From: Dehalococcoidia bacterium
GTDB taxonomy: Bacteria > Chloroflexota > Dehalococcoidia > Lucifugimonadales > UBA3495
Direction of reading: 5' to 3'
Assembly: GCA_965115825.1 (NCBI GenBank)
Contig: OZ220464.1
Location: 1,668,437-1,732,436 of the forward strand
DNA length: 64,000 bases
Below the pieces are notes generated by a model. The model saw only the letters and a list, made by a program, of their open reading frames with translations, ran no database searches and was not told the DNA's origin. Each line of letters opens with the position of its first letter. Position 1 is the stretch's first letter. Shown in pieces: positions 48,287 through 58,044 of the stretch. The position numbers were made by a program, and so were the translations under genes.

Positions 48287-49486
48287 CTAGCGGGTGAGGC
48301 CGTCGGCGACGGGGCCTTTGAAGGCGTTGTCACCGCCGAACACCGTGCCCGTCGTTCCGGCGTTGAACTTGGACAGCGCCAGGTCATACACCTTGTGCGG
48401 GAACGGTATGTAACCTACCGAAGCGGCCAGATCCTGCCCCTTTTCGCTCAAGTAGTACCGCACGAACTCCGCAATGTGTTCTTCCTGCGCCGCATCGGCA
48501 CGCACGTAGATGAACAGCGGGCGACTGAGCGGCGCATACGTTCCGTTGTTGATGGCCGCATCCGTCGGCGCAATGCAGCCGTTGCCTCCGTCTATCGGCA
48601 CCACCTTCAACTTGTCCTTGTTCTCCACGTAGTAGGCGTAGCCGAAGTAGCCCAGGCTGTACTTGTCGCCGGATATGCCCTGCACCAGCACATTGTCGTC
48701 TTCCGACGCTACGAAGTCGCCGCGGGAGACCCCGCCGTCGCCGTTGATGGCTTCGGTGAAGTAGTCAAAGGTTCCGGAGTCCACGCCGGGTGCGTACATC
48801 TTGATTTCCTCGGCGGGCCAGTCCGGATTGACCTGGTTCCACATGGTGACTACGCCTTCGGATTCGGGCTTCCAAATCATGTTGAGCTGCTCGACCGTGA
48901 GACACTCAACAAAGTCGTTCTCCGGGTTCACCAGGACGGAGAGGCCGTCAATGGCTACCGGCAGTTCGATGTACTCGATGCCGGCTGCGGCGCACAGGTC
49001 GGCTTCTTTCTGCTTGATGGGACGGGATGCGTCGGAGATGACGGTTTCGTTAGCGCAGAACTTTTTGAAACCGCCGCCGGTGCCGGAGATGCCAACCACG
49101 GCGCGGACATTGCCGCCGGTGAGGTCGCCGAACTCTTCGGCTACCGCCTCGGTGATGGGGAACACGGTGGATGAGCCGTCAATGGGAATGTCCCCGGAAA
49201 GCGCGGCGTATTTATCGGGGTTGGCCTGTTTGCCGGTTCCAGGCTGGGTCGGCGCGCCCGGGTCCCCGGTGGAACTGTTGTCGGTGGTGAGGCCGTCGGC
49301 GTTGCCGGGAGCCGTGGGGTCAGGGGCGCCAATGTTGGCGGAGCCGGAGCTGTTGGTGGGGGGGGGAGCCTCTTCGGACGGGCCGCAAGCGGTGGCGAGC
49401 AGCATTGCGGCGCTGATCGCTAATACCGCCAGAATCAGCAGGCGGGTGGGGACGCTTTTCAGAGCATCCAAATTAGGGGAAATCAT
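48287..49486 (-). CDS. pstS: phosphate ABC transporter substrate-binding protein PstS family
   Basis: Signal peptide plus lipobox (LLATACG). The segments [47 protein letters not shown] and [14 protein letters not shown] are PstS-family motifs. A GAGGAGG RBS lies upstream. Confidence 0.85.
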   Translation of the reverse strand: MISPNLDALKSVPTRLLILAVLAISAAMLLATACGPSEEAPPPTNSSGSANIGAPDPTAPGNADGLTTDNSSTGDPGAPTQPGTGKQANPDKYAALSGDIPIDGSSTVFPITEAVAEEFGDLTGGNVRAVVGISGTGGGFKKFCANETVISDASRPIKQKEADLCAAAGIEYIELPVAIDGLSVLVNPENDFVECLTVEQLNMIWKPESEGVVTMWNQVNPDWPAEEIKMYAPGVDSGTFDYFTEAINGDGGVSRGDFVASEDDNVLVQGISGDKYSLGYFGYAYYVENKDKLKVVPIDGGNGCIAPTDAAINNGTYAPLSRPLFIYVRADAAQEEHIAEFVRYYLSEKGQDLAASVGYIPFPHKVYDLALSKFNAGTTGTVFGGDNAFKGPVADGLTR

Positions 49487-49686
49487 CGATCCTCCTCGAA
49501 TCGTCGGTTAGAGAGACTGGGATAGCGGGTCAAACGCGACCGTCTGCGCGCGGGGAGGCCGACAGCCGGCAGATGAGGTCGGCTGCGGCGTGCATCATTC
49601 GATAGGCATTCCTCCGGTTGACGTTGGCGATTGCTGAACCGCGAACGGGGTTACGGCCAACTGAGCCGACGGCTTGTTGGACGGGC

Positions 49687-49747
49687 AAAAAAGAGCGAAG
49701 CGCAGAGGCTTCGCGGGGTAAAAAATAACGGGGAATGAAATCCCCGT
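49687..49747 (-). terminator. two tandem rho-independent terminators
   Basis: In minus sense, ACGGGGATTTCATTCCCCGT is followed by TATTTTTT, and GCGAAGCCTCTGCGCTTCGC is followed by TCTTTTTT. They lie about 160 nt downstream of the pepP stop. Confidence 0.6.
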
Positions 49748-49908
49748 GAGGTTTGATTGGCGCCGCTCCGATGGAGCGAAAGGCAGCGGGTAAGAGATAA
49801 AGCGATTCCTCTCCCGCTGCGACGGCAACGGGAGGCGATATGTCGACGGTCGCCTCCGGGTGGATATGTCCTAGCTTCGGCTGGCGTTGGGCGACATGGT
49901 TCATGGTT

Positions 49909-51237
49909 TCACCGGGATTGGGAAACGATGGTTTCCAGTTCGTCCGGGTCTTTGGGGATGGCTTGGGAAAGGACGCGGCAGCCGTCTTCGGTAACCAGCA
50001 CGTCGTCCTCGATGCGGATGCCAATGTCGCGGTAGGGCTCCGGAGTTTGCCTGGCCTGGGGGCCGAAGTAAAGGCCAGGCTCGACGGTGAGCACCATACC
50101 GGGGCGCAGCCGGATTGGGCCTTTGTCATCGCGGTAGGGGCCGCAGTCGTGCACGTCCAGGCCCAGCCAGTGGGATGTGCCGTGCATATAATAATCCCGG
50201 TAGGCAGCATCGTTGTAAATCTGCTCGGCGTCGCCTTCCATGATGTTGAGGGCCAGCAGTCCGTCTATCAGGGCGCGGGTAGCCACCTGGTGCACATAGT
50301 CAAAGCCGGCGCCTGGCTTAACGGCGGAGATGGCTTTTTGCTGGGCGTCCAGGACTACCTCGTAGATTTCACGTTGGGGTGGCGTGAACTTGCCGGAAAC
50401 GGGCCAAGTGCGGGTTACGTCAGCGGTGTAGTAGCCGTATTCCGCGCCGGCGTCGATGAGCAGAAGGTCATCATTGCCGAGGGTGTCGTTGTTGCGCACG
50501 TAGTGGAGTATGCAAGCGTTGGCTCCGCCGGCGACGATAGAGGGATAGCCGTTGCGGGGCGAACCGAGATGCCGGAAAGGGCGTTCCAGAGCGGCCTGAA
50601 CTTCGTACTCAGGGATGTCGGGGGCGGCGGTACGCATGGCGGCGTCGAAGCCCTGGGCGGTGATGTCGATGGCGCGTTGGAGCAAGGCCACCTCGGCATC
50701 GGTTTTGACCTGGCGCATCAGGTCAATTTGTGGTGTCGGGTCTTCGATGCGACGGACGCTTTTCGCGCCGCGCTGGGCCAAGCTGCGGCGACGCTTGACC
50801 AACCCGGAGATGATACCGTCAACGCGGTCATCGCTGCCCAGGGCGTAGTAGATGGTTTCGTAATCGGCGAGCAGCTTGGGCAGTTGGGCGTCCAGCTGCT
50901 CCAGGGGGTAGGCGGCGTTAGCTTCCAGGGCGCCTACTGCGCCGCGCACCCCGGCCCGTCGACCGACCCAAATCTCATAGGTTGGGTCGTAGGGACGGAC
51001 GAACAGCGTATAAGGAGTGTGAGAACCGGGGCGCAGTACTACCACGGCGTCGGGTTCGTCGAAGCCGGTGAGATACCAGAAAGAGGAATGCTGCCGGTAC
51101 TGATGGTCGACGTCGTTGTTGCGTGGGGAATCGTGGCCGGCGGCAACGATGGTAGGGCCGCCCGTCAAGGAAGCCATCAAGCGACGGCGACGGGAGCGAA
51201 ACTCGCCAGGTTGCGTTGCCAGGAGGTCAGCACTCAT
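49909..51237 (-). CDS. pepP: Xaa-Pro aminopeptidase (M24B)
   Basis: AMP_N region (YRQHSSFWYLTGFDEPDAV) plus an M24 catalytic domain (LIDAGAEYGYYTADVTRT, HGTSHWLGLDVHD, VLTVEPGLY, GIRIEDD). Confidence 0.85.
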   Translation of the reverse strand: MSADLLATQPGEFRSRRRRLMASLTGGPTIVAAGHDSPRNNDVDHQYRQHSSFWYLTGFDEPDAVVVLRPGSHTPYTLFVRPYDPTYEIWVGRRAGVRGAVGALEANAAYPLEQLDAQLPKLLADYETIYYALGSDDRVDGIISGLVKRRRSLAQRGAKSVRRIEDPTPQIDLMRQVKTDAEVALLQRAIDITAQGFDAAMRTAAPDIPEYEVQAALERPFRHLGSPRNGYPSIVAGGANACILHYVRNNDTLGNDDLLLIDAGAEYGYYTADVTRTWPVSGKFTPPQREIYEVVLDAQQKAISAVKPGAGFDYVHQVATRALIDGLLALNIMEGDAEQIYNDAAYRDYYMHGTSHWLGLDVHDCGPYRDDKGPIRLRPGMVLTVEPGLYFGPQARQTPEPYRDIGIRIEDDVLVTEDGCRVLSQAIPKDPDELETIVSQSR

Positions 51238-51410
51238 TCTATACTATCGGCAGGTTTCAAAGCAGATTCAACGTTGATGTTGGCCATAACGGATTATAAC
51301 AGGGGATCGGGCGCATAGCAATAGCGGATTAGTCTTGCGGCAACACAATCCGCCGCGCTGTGACGTTTTCGGCCGCTGCCGCGATTTGCCGCCGGTTGCT
51401 ACGGGTTTTG

Positions 51411-51437
51411 TTGCAGGCTATCGGTTTCTGCTATAAT
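51411..51437 (+). promoter_or_regulatory. sigma70-like promoter candidate upstream of purA
   Basis: A consensus TATAAT sits at 51432..51437. TTGCAG (51411..51416) lies 15 nt upstream, or TTGTTG (51408..51413) lies 18 nt upstream. Confidence 0.45.
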
Positions 51438-51479
51438 CAGCCAACAACCGTACTGCCATTACCGTATTCGGGTGAATTG

Positions 51480-51515
51480 GCCGCCGCAGTTCCAAGTCTG
51501 CGGGGGCGCTTTTTC
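51480..51515 (+). terminator. terminator-like hairpin with U-tract in the purA leader
   Basis: CCGCCGCAG-TTCCAAGT-CTGCGGGGGCG is followed by CTTTTTC. It lies about 45 nt downstream of the TATAAT and about 33 nt upstream of the purA ATG. Confidence 0.4.
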
Positions 51516-51547
51516 GGTTAGTTCTGAGAATTGGGGAGCAAAGCGCA

Positions 51548-52834
51548 ATGCCGGCTTATGCCGTTATAGGAGGGCAATGGGGGGACGAGGGCAAGGGTAA
51601 GGTAATTGATTACCTTGCCGGGCAGTCCGACTGCGTCGTGCGCTACGCCGGCGGCAATAACGCCGGCCACACGGTGGTCAACGGGCAGGGAGAGTTTCAG
51701 CTGCATCTGGTGCCCTCCGGCATATGCTGGCCCGGCGTAACCGGCATCATCGGCAACGGCGCGGTGGTGAATCCCGACGTGCTGCTGGGGGAAATCGCCG
51801 GCCTGCGGGAGCGCGGCATTGACACCGGCCGACTGTTTGTCAGCGACCGCGCCCACGTCATCATGCCTTATCACATCCTGCTGGATGGATTGCAGGAGCA
51901 AGCCAGAGGCGATGCGGCTATCGGCACCACCGGCCAGGGGATCGGCCCGGCCTATGTGGACAAAGCATCCCGCGACGGCATTCGGGTGGGCGATCTGCTG
52001 GACAGTGAACGCCTGCCGGAGCGGGTCGTCGCTGCCGTAGCAATGAAAAACCGAGTCATCCAGGGCGTCTATGGCGGCGAGCCGGTGGACGCGGACGAAG
52101 TGCTGGCCCAATGCCGGGCCTGGGGTGAGCAGCTGCGCGAGCAGGTTCGCCCCACCGAGCAGATGGTGCAGGACCTGCTGGAGCAGGGCAAGCGCGTTCT
52201 ACTGGAAGGAGCGCAAGGCACGCTGTTGGACATTGACCACGGCTCATATCCATATGTGACGTCGTCGTCTCCGTCTATCGGCGGCGCCATTACGGGCTTG
52301 GGCATTAACCCCCAAGCGATCAAGGGAGTAGTGGGGGTTTTCAAGGCTTACTCCACGAGGGTAGGCAGCGGCCCGATGCCCACGGAGATGCTGGGGCTGG
52401 CTGGCGACGACCTGCGCGAGAAAGCCCACGAATATGGCACTACTACCGGTCGCGCCCGGCGGGTAGGCTGGTTTGACGCCGTAGCCGCCCGCTACAGCTG
52501 CCAGATTAACGGTTTCACCGGGATGGTGCTGACCCGCCTGGACATTCTGGACGGGATGGAGGACGTAAAAATCTGCGTCGGCTACCGCGCCGGCGGGCGG
52601 ATAGTGGAACGGTTTCCCGCCAGCACGGCGTTGCTGGAAGAGTGCGAGCCGGTGTATGAGAAACTGCCGGGCTGGCAAGAGCCTACTGCCAGCGCAACGC
52701 GCACCGAACAACTGCCAGCCAACGCTCTGGCTTACGTGCGCCGGATTGAAGAGCTGGTCGGCTGCGCGGCGCAGATAATTTCCACAGGGCCCAGCCGCGA
52801 CGAAACCATCGCAATCAGGCAGGTAATTCACTAG
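51548..52834 (+). CDS. purA: adenylosuccinate synthase
   Basis: MPAYAVIGGQWGDEGKGKVIDYL...GGNNAGHT...GTTGQGIGPAY...TTGRARRVGWFD are canonical PurA motifs. Confidence 0.95.
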   Translation: MPAYAVIGGQWGDEGKGKVIDYLAGQSDCVVRYAGGNNAGHTVVNGQGEFQLHLVPSGICWPGVTGIIGNGAVVNPDVLLGEIAGLRERGIDTGRLFVSDRAHVIMPYHILLDGLQEQARGDAAIGTTGQGIGPAYVDKASRDGIRVGDLLDSERLPERVVAAVAMKNRVIQGVYGGEPVDADEVLAQCRAWGEQLREQVRPTEQMVQDLLEQGKRVLLEGAQGTLLDIDHGSYPYVTSSSPSIGGAITGLGINPQAIKGVVGVFKAYSTRVGSGPMPTEMLGLAGDDLREKAHEYGTTTGRARRVGWFDAVAARYSCQINGFTGMVLTRLDILDGMEDVKICVGYRAGGRIVERFPASTALLEECEPVYEKLPGWQEPTASATRTEQLPANALAYVRRIEELVGCAAQIISTGPSRDETIAIRQVIH

Positions 52835-52924
52835 CATTAATCGGGGCTGGCTGTAATATAGTATCGTCGCAGTAGCGCCGGCGGGAAAGTCGGGCGCAAA
52901 ATGTCAACTGCGGGAGAGATTGTA

Positions 52925-53425
52925 ATGGCCACAAACGCATCTCAATCCGGGGAGCAGGACAAGCCCATTTTCGGGCAGTTTCTGACCCGGTACACCGACG
53001 AGTTTTACCTGGCTTTCAGGTTGATTTTCGCTTTACTGGTGTTTCTGCATGGCATCCAGAAAGCGTTCTTGCTGTGGGGTTTTCCGGCGGGGGCCAATCC
53101 CAATGGACTGGGCGCGCTGGTTGACCTAGCTGGATGGGTTGAAGTCATTGCTTCGCTGCTCATCGCGTTTGGCATTTTCACTCGGCTGGGAGCCGGCGCG
53201 CTGGTGGTCACAATGATTGTCGCCTACTTCGGAGTGCACGCAGCACTGAGTCCAATCTGGCCCTGGCCGCACCTGTACCCTAATCCCCCGGATGGCGGGA
53301 ACGCTTTTGTCGCTCACGGCGGCGAGGTTACCATCCTCTGGTTCATCTGCGCCGGCATCATCGGCATTCTGGGCAGCCGGAAGTACGGCCTCGAGCGCCT
53401 GATTCTCAAGAAGGAAATCCTGTAA
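52925..53425 (+). CDS. DoxX family membrane protein
   Basis: FRLIFALLVFLHGIQKAF...LIAFGIFTRLGA is DoxX-like, with four TM helices. The ATG at 52925 follows GGGAGAG. The longer ORF begins at 52901. Confidence 0.65.
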   Translation: MATNASQSGEQDKPIFGQFLTRYTDEFYLAFRLIFALLVFLHGIQKAFLLWGFPAGANPNGLGALVDLAGWVEVIASLLIAFGIFTRLGAGALVVTMIVAYFGVHAALSPIWPWPHLYPNPPDGGNAFVAHGGEVTILWFICAGIIGILGSRKYGLERLILKKEIL

Positions 53426-53655
53426 TGCAGCAGCAAGCAGCCCGCTTCGGCATCTATTACAATGCCGCACAGAACCAGGTAGTCCGCATCAACTCGCCCT
53501 ATTGGTTCCCCCCGGAACCGGAGTGGCAAAAGGTTACCGGAGAGGTCAACGCCACCTTGCTGGACCTGCGCCGGATGGTGGGCGAGCAAGGTCTCTCCGC
53601 GAACCCGGACGAGATAACCTGGACTACGCTGCCCTTGCTGGACGAAGACGATTAG
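53425..53655 (+). CDS. hypothetical small protein
   Basis: 76-aa ORF whose start overlaps the DoxX stop (TAATG), suggesting translational coupling. I recognise no family. Confidence 0.35.
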   Translation: MQQQAARFGIYYNAAQNQVVRINSPYWFPPEPEWQKVTGEVNATLLDLRRMVGEQGLSANPDEITWTTLPLLDEDD

Positions 53656-53733
53656 GGCCGTCACGGACACTCCAACGGGACAGCTGCCCGCATACATCCG
53701 CCAGGGGCGCGCCGGCATGCGCTCCTGGCGGAA

Positions 53734-54267
53734 ATGACTATGAACCAGGAACCGCCGGAGTACAACCCGGACACGCCGGCGGATGTGGTTGACCATACCC
53801 GCCCGCCGGGATGGCGGGGCAAGCTGGGCGCGCCCGGCCTTCCCCAGGCCCGACGGTGGATGCGATGGGCGTGGCTGGCGGCGCTGGCCTGGTGGGTGTG
53901 GAACACCGGATTGCTGCTGGTGTGGCTGGTGGCGTCCGTCATACCGCCGGAGGCCGGAAGCGTCGGGGAGGCTGACCCGCCGGTTCCGGCCCGCATCATT
54001 ATCTACCACGGAGTGGAAGGGTTTTTGATTGGGATGCTGGGCCTGGGGCTGAATTTCCGCCTGTCGCTGGCCGGATTGCTGCTGCCCGCCGTATTCCTGG
54101 CTGCCCGCATCATCGCGCTGACCCGACTGGAGCCAGTGCACTTTGATGTTCGGGGGGTAGTCTGGGTTGGGACGTACCTACTGCTGCTGTTCCTGTTTGT
54201 GCGTGGCGCGCAAGGCGCATTGAGCTGGCATTGGCACACTCGCCCGAAGTATCCAGACGGGAACTAG
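53734..54267 (+). CDS. hypothetical membrane protein
   Basis: 177-aa ORF with a Trp-rich first TM segment (WMRWAWLAALAWWVWNTGLLLVWLV) and three further hydrophobic segments. A terminator follows it. Confidence 0.45.
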   Translation: MTMNQEPPEYNPDTPADVVDHTRPPGWRGKLGAPGLPQARRWMRWAWLAALAWWVWNTGLLLVWLVASVIPPEAGSVGEADPPVPARIIIYHGVEGFLIGMLGLGLNFRLSLAGLLLPAVFLAARIIALTRLEPVHFDVRGVVWVGTYLLLLFLFVRGAQGALSWHWHTRPKYPDGN

Positions 54268-54280
54268 ACAACCCGGCAAA

Positions 54281-54318
54281 GCCGAGGGGTGGGTTTGATG
54301 CCCGCCCCTCGGCTTTTG
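54281..54318. terminator. hairpin terminator between convergent genes
   Basis: GCCGAGGGGTGGG-TTTGATG-CCCGCCCCTCGGC is followed by TTTTGG. Confidence 0.55.
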
Positions 54319-54336
54319 GCAGCAAGCTGAGCCGGC

Positions 54337-55491
54337 CTAACCGGCGCTGAAAGCGGGCATTACGTCCTGGGCGAAGCGGGCCAGCTGGTCTTTGAAAACC
54401 TCGCGGGGCATTCCCATAACGGAGCCGAGGTTGACGCGCTCTACGCCAGGGTAGCGAGCCTCATCCTCTTTCAGGGTGTTGATAATATCGTCGGGGGAGC
54501 CGCAGAGCCAGGCGCCGCTCTCCACCGCGCCTTCCAGCGTGGGCAGTTGGACGCCGCGGCGAAGGCCGGGGTTGGCTACGGCCTCAATCTGCTCCGGCTG
54601 CATCGCCATCAAGCCCAAGGGGGCAGCGAATTTCATAGCTTCTTCGAAGTAGGGCTTTGCCTCTTTGATTGCCGCCTCCCGGTTCTTGCCAATGAAGAAG
54701 CGGTAGCCGAGGGCGATGTCCTCGCCCAACGCCAGCTCCCGGCCATGGTTGGCGGCGGCCTGCTGGTACATGGTCAGCCGTTCGTGGCGGGTCGGCTCGG
54801 GGGTGTTGGCGACCATGGCTTTGATGCCGATGCGGGCCATGAAGTCCACGCCCTTGGGGTTGCCCGATACCAGAGGCTGCCAGATTTCCACCGGGTTCTG
54901 CATAGGGCGCGGCACCAGGCTCAGCTTTTCCAGCGTGTAGCCGCGGTAGGGCACTTTGGCGGGAATTTGATAATACTCGCCCTGGTGGGAGAAGGACTCC
55001 TGGCTGAAGGCCTTGACCATCACCTCCACCTGTTCCTCGAACATTGACCGGTTGGCGTCGCCGTCGAACATGGGAGAGCCGAAGGTTTCGACTTCGCGGG
55101 AGTGGTAGCCGCGCCCGACGCCGAAGATGATGCGGCCACCGGAAAGAATATCGGCCATGGCGAAGTCTTCGGCAAGGCGCAAGGGGTGCCACATCGGGGT
55201 AATGTTGAAGCCGCAGCCATACTTGAGCCGCCGGGTGTTGCAGGCCAGGTACAACCCCAGCATTATCAGGTTGGGGATGCACTCGTAGCCCTCGGGCTGG
55301 AAGTGATGCTCGGCCATCCAGAACTCGTCGTAGCCGTGGGCCTCCAGGTGTTTGGAGATGTCAAGCGCCCAGTCAAAGACGCCGGCCAGTTCTTCGTTGG
55401 AATACCGCCGGTCGTTAGCGGGAGTGCCGTCAAGGCCGAGGTTATCGTCCACTACATGGCCGGCGTAGGATGCGCTGAAACTCTTGAACAT
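54337..55491 (-). CDS. LLM-class flavin-dependent oxidoreductase (luciferase-like monooxygenase)
   Basis: EFWMAEHHFQPEGYECIPN...LRLAEDFAMADILSGGRIIFGVGRGY is an LLM signature. Confidence 0.8.
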   Translation of the reverse strand: MFKSFSASYAGHVVDDNLGLDGTPANDRRYSNEELAGVFDWALDISKHLEAHGYDEFWMAEHHFQPEGYECIPNLIMLGLYLACNTRRLKYGCGFNITPMWHPLRLAEDFAMADILSGGRIIFGVGRGYHSREVETFGSPMFDGDANRSMFEEQVEVMVKAFSQESFSHQGEYYQIPAKVPYRGYTLEKLSLVPRPMQNPVEIWQPLVSGNPKGVDFMARIGIKAMVANTPEPTRHERLTMYQQAAANHGRELALGEDIALGYRFFIGKNREAAIKEAKPYFEEAMKFAAPLGLMAMQPEQIEAVANPGLRRGVQLPTLEGAVESGAWLCGSPDDIINTLKEDEARYPGVERVNLGSVMGMPREVFKDQLARFAQDVMPAFSAG

Positions 55492-55583
55492 GGTTCGGTG
55501 TCCTTGTGATGGGTTGGTTCCCGGTTGCGCGGGAATGATAGGTTGAGAGGTGAGAGAATGCCGCCGGCGTCAGGCGATGCGCG

Positions 55584-56495
55584 CTAGGCGGTGGGTGGCG
55601 GCGCCGGGGCGGGGTTGTAGAGCTCGATGCCGATGGTTGCCGGGAATACGGCGGCCAGTTCGTCAACCGTCCAACGACCCTGTTTGCGGATGGACTTGAC
55701 GGGTTCCGGCTCGTTGAGCAGGGTTACCAACCCGCCGGTTACGTGGAATACGCGGCCGTTGACGTGGGCGGCTTCATCGGAGGCCAGCCAGGTTACCATG
55801 GGGGCAACGTCTTCAGCGTCGCCGCGCAGGCCGCCGCCGGCGGCGATGCCGCGAGCGGAGCGCAGGGCACGCGCCTCGTCGGGAACGCTGGTGGTCATCC
55901 GGGTGCTGGCCGACGGTGAGATGGAGTTGGCGGTTACCCCGTAGCGACCCAAGTCGCGGGCGCAAACGCGAGTGAAGCCGGCGATGCCGTCTTTGGCGGC
56001 GCCGTAGTTGGCCTGGCCGCTGTTGCCGTAGAGCCCGGAAGTGCTGCTGAAAGTGATGATACGGCCGGAACGCTGCTGACGGAACAGGATGCTGGCGTGC
56101 TTCACCACGGTGAACGTGCCCTTGAGGTGAACGGCGATAACGTCGTCCCATTCCTGTTCGCTCATGTTGAAAACCATGCGGTCGCGCAGGATGCCGGCCA
56201 CGGTTACGACGATATCCAGCTTGCCGAAATTGTCCACGGCCGTCTGCACGATTTTCTCGCCGCCGGCCATGGTGGCGACGGATTCGGTGCAAGCGACGGC
56301 GTTGCCGCCATCGTCCTTGATTTCGTTGACTACCTGTTGGGCTACGGATACGTCGGCGCCCGAGCCGTCAACATTGACGCCCAAGTCGCAAACGACGACG
56401 CTGGCGCCTTCCTCGGCCATCAGCTTGGCGACGCCGCGGCCGATGCCGCGGCCGGCGCCGGTTACGATTGCTACCTTGTCCTGTAATAGGGGCAT
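55584..56495 (-). CDS. short-chain dehydrogenase/reductase (SDR), paralog 1
   Basis: From the ATG at 56495 it reads MPLLQDKVAIVTGAGRGIGRG (TGxxxGxG), with NYGAAKDG (YxxxK). The longer annotated ORF upstream is low-complexity. Confidence 0.85.
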   Translation of the reverse strand: MPLLQDKVAIVTGAGRGIGRGVAKLMAEEGASVVVCDLGVNVDGSGADVSVAQQVVNEIKDDGGNAVACTESVATMAGGEKIVQTAVDNFGKLDIVVTVAGILRDRMVFNMSEQEWDDVIAVHLKGTFTVVKHASILFRQQRSGRIITFSSTSGLYGNSGQANYGAAKDGIAGFTRVCARDLGRYGVTANSISPSASTRMTTSVPDEARALRSARGIAAGGGLRGDAEDVAPMVTWLASDEAAHVNGRVFHVTGGLVTLLNEPEPVKSIRKQGRWTVDELAAVFPATIGIELYNPAPAPPPTA

Positions 56496-56571
56496 AGTTC
56501 TGATTCCTTGCAGTTTTGGGGAGCCCGTCGGAGGGAATGACGGCAGTGGGCGAGTATGGCGCTGGAGTAGA

Positions 56572-57507
56572 TTAGCGTTGTTGGGATGGCGCGGGATTGG
56601 CGATGCCGGCGGTAAGGTAGTTGCGGGCCCGCTCCGAAATCTCGTCCATTTCCCAATGCCCGGTTTCGGTCCAGATGGCTCGCTCGGGACGCGGCTGGGA
56701 GACCAGCGAGACGGTGTCGCCATAGACCAGGAAAGTCTGGCCGTTGATGTTGGCCGCATAGTCGGAAGCCAGATAGCAGACGAAGGGCGCAATGCCGTCC
56801 GGGTCCAGGTCGCGGATGTTGCCGGCGTCCGTGCCATCGCCGGAGAGGGAGGCAACGCCGCCGCGGGCGCGGATTTCAGCCGCAGAGTCGGGTATGGCGG
56901 CAATCATCCGAGTAGCGGCCCGGGGGGCAATGGAGTTGGCCGTGACACCGTAGCGTCCCATGTCTTTGGCGACGACTTTGGTGAAGCCGGCGATGCCGCT
57001 CTTGGCGGCGCCATAGTTGGCTTGGCCGCTGTTGCCAACGAGGCCGGACTCGCTGGAGAAGGTGATGATGCGGCCGGAACGCTGCTGGCGGAACAGGATG
57101 CAAGCGTGCTTAACCACCGTGAACGTGCCCTTGAGGTGCACCGCGATGACGTCGTCCCATTCCTGCTCGGTCATGTTGAAGACCATTCGGTCGCGCAGGA
57201 TACCGGCGCAGGTTACTACGATGTCCAGGCGGTCAAAGTTGTCGATGGCGGTTTGGATGATTTTCTCGCCGCCGGCCATGTCCACCACGGACTCGGTGCA
57301 GGCTACCGCCTTGCCGCCGGCTTCGGCAATCTCGTTGACCACCTGCTGGGCGACGGAAACGTCCTGACCGCTGCCGTCAACATTGCCGCCCAGGTCGCAA
57401 ACGACGACGCTGGCGCCTTCTTCCGCCATCAATTTGGCGACGCCGCGACCGATGCCGCGGCCGGCGCCGGTTACGATGGCTACCTTTCCTTCCAGATTAT
57501 TGGGCAT
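56572..57507 (-). CDS. short-chain dehydrogenase/reductase (SDR), paralog 2
   Basis: From the ATG at 57507 it reads MPNNLEGKVAIVTGAGRGIGRGVAKLMAEEGASVVVCDLG. The first ~220 aa are very similar to the adjacent SDR, and the C-terminal third differs. Confidence 0.85.
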   Translation of the reverse strand: MPNNLEGKVAIVTGAGRGIGRGVAKLMAEEGASVVVCDLGGNVDGSGQDVSVAQQVVNEIAEAGGKAVACTESVVDMAGGEKIIQTAIDNFDRLDIVVTCAGILRDRMVFNMTEQEWDDVIAVHLKGTFTVVKHACILFRQQRSGRIITFSSESGLVGNSGQANYGAAKSGIAGFTKVVAKDMGRYGVTANSIAPRAATRMIAAIPDSAAEIRARGGVASLSGDGTDAGNIRDLDPDGIAPFVCYLASDYAANINGQTFLVYGDTVSLVSQPRPERAIWTETGHWEMDEISERARNYLTAGIANPAPSQQR

Positions 57508-57545
57508 TGTGATTGAGTCCTTTCTGCTCTGCGCTGCGAGAATTG

Positions 57546-57977
57546 TCAGCCACGGCTGGGCAAAGCGACGGTGGCCGCGCCCGGCGTGGTTTGCTGGCCT
57601 GCGGGGTTTTCGAGCCAAATCGTGCAGTCCACCAGGTTCAGGCTGCCTTCCCGGTACACGCGGGACACGTGTCCTTTGGCGGTAATAGGCTCGTCGGGGT
57701 AGTCCATGCCGCGATACTGGCAGCTGAGGCGGCGCAGTTCGCCGGCCGGCCCGGCCCAGTTGGTTACATACGCGCCCAGCATGGCGTTCTTCAGCGCGCC
57801 GTGGATGATGATGTCCTTCAACCCCGTGCTCTGCGCGAAGTTCCTGTCGTAGTGGATTTCGTAGAAGTCGCCCGACGCGCCGGCGTACTGCACCAGCTGG
57901 CGCGGCGTGGGGTTGCGCACTTCCACCGGCAGCTCCATTCCCTCGCTGACGTCTTCAAAATAAATCTGCTGACCCAT
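57546..57977 (-). CDS. MaoC-like (R)-specific enoyl-CoA hydratase hotdog protein
   Basis: From the ATG at 57977 it reads MGQQIYFEDVSEG...YAGASGDFYEIHYDRNFAQSTGLKDIIIHGAL, the MaoC dehydratase motif. Confidence 0.8.
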   Translation of the reverse strand: MGQQIYFEDVSEGMELPVEVRNPTPRQLVQYAGASGDFYEIHYDRNFAQSTGLKDIIIHGALKNAMLGAYVTNWAGPAGELRRLSCQYRGMDYPDEPITAKGHVSRVYREGSLNLVDCTIWLENPAGQQTTPGAATVALPSRG

Positions 57978-58044
57978 AGCAATCTCCCTGGACATTTGGC
58001 GGGGACGTCGCGGCGTAGGGCTCGGTTCAGTAGCGGCGGTCTAT

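Noticed and set aside
49560-49690. tRNA-like words (GGCTCAGTTGG, GGTTCAGCAATC) on the minus strand.
   Set aside because: I could not fold an acceptor stem, anticodon arm or canonical T-loop (GGTTCGAATCC-type) from the surrounding sequence.
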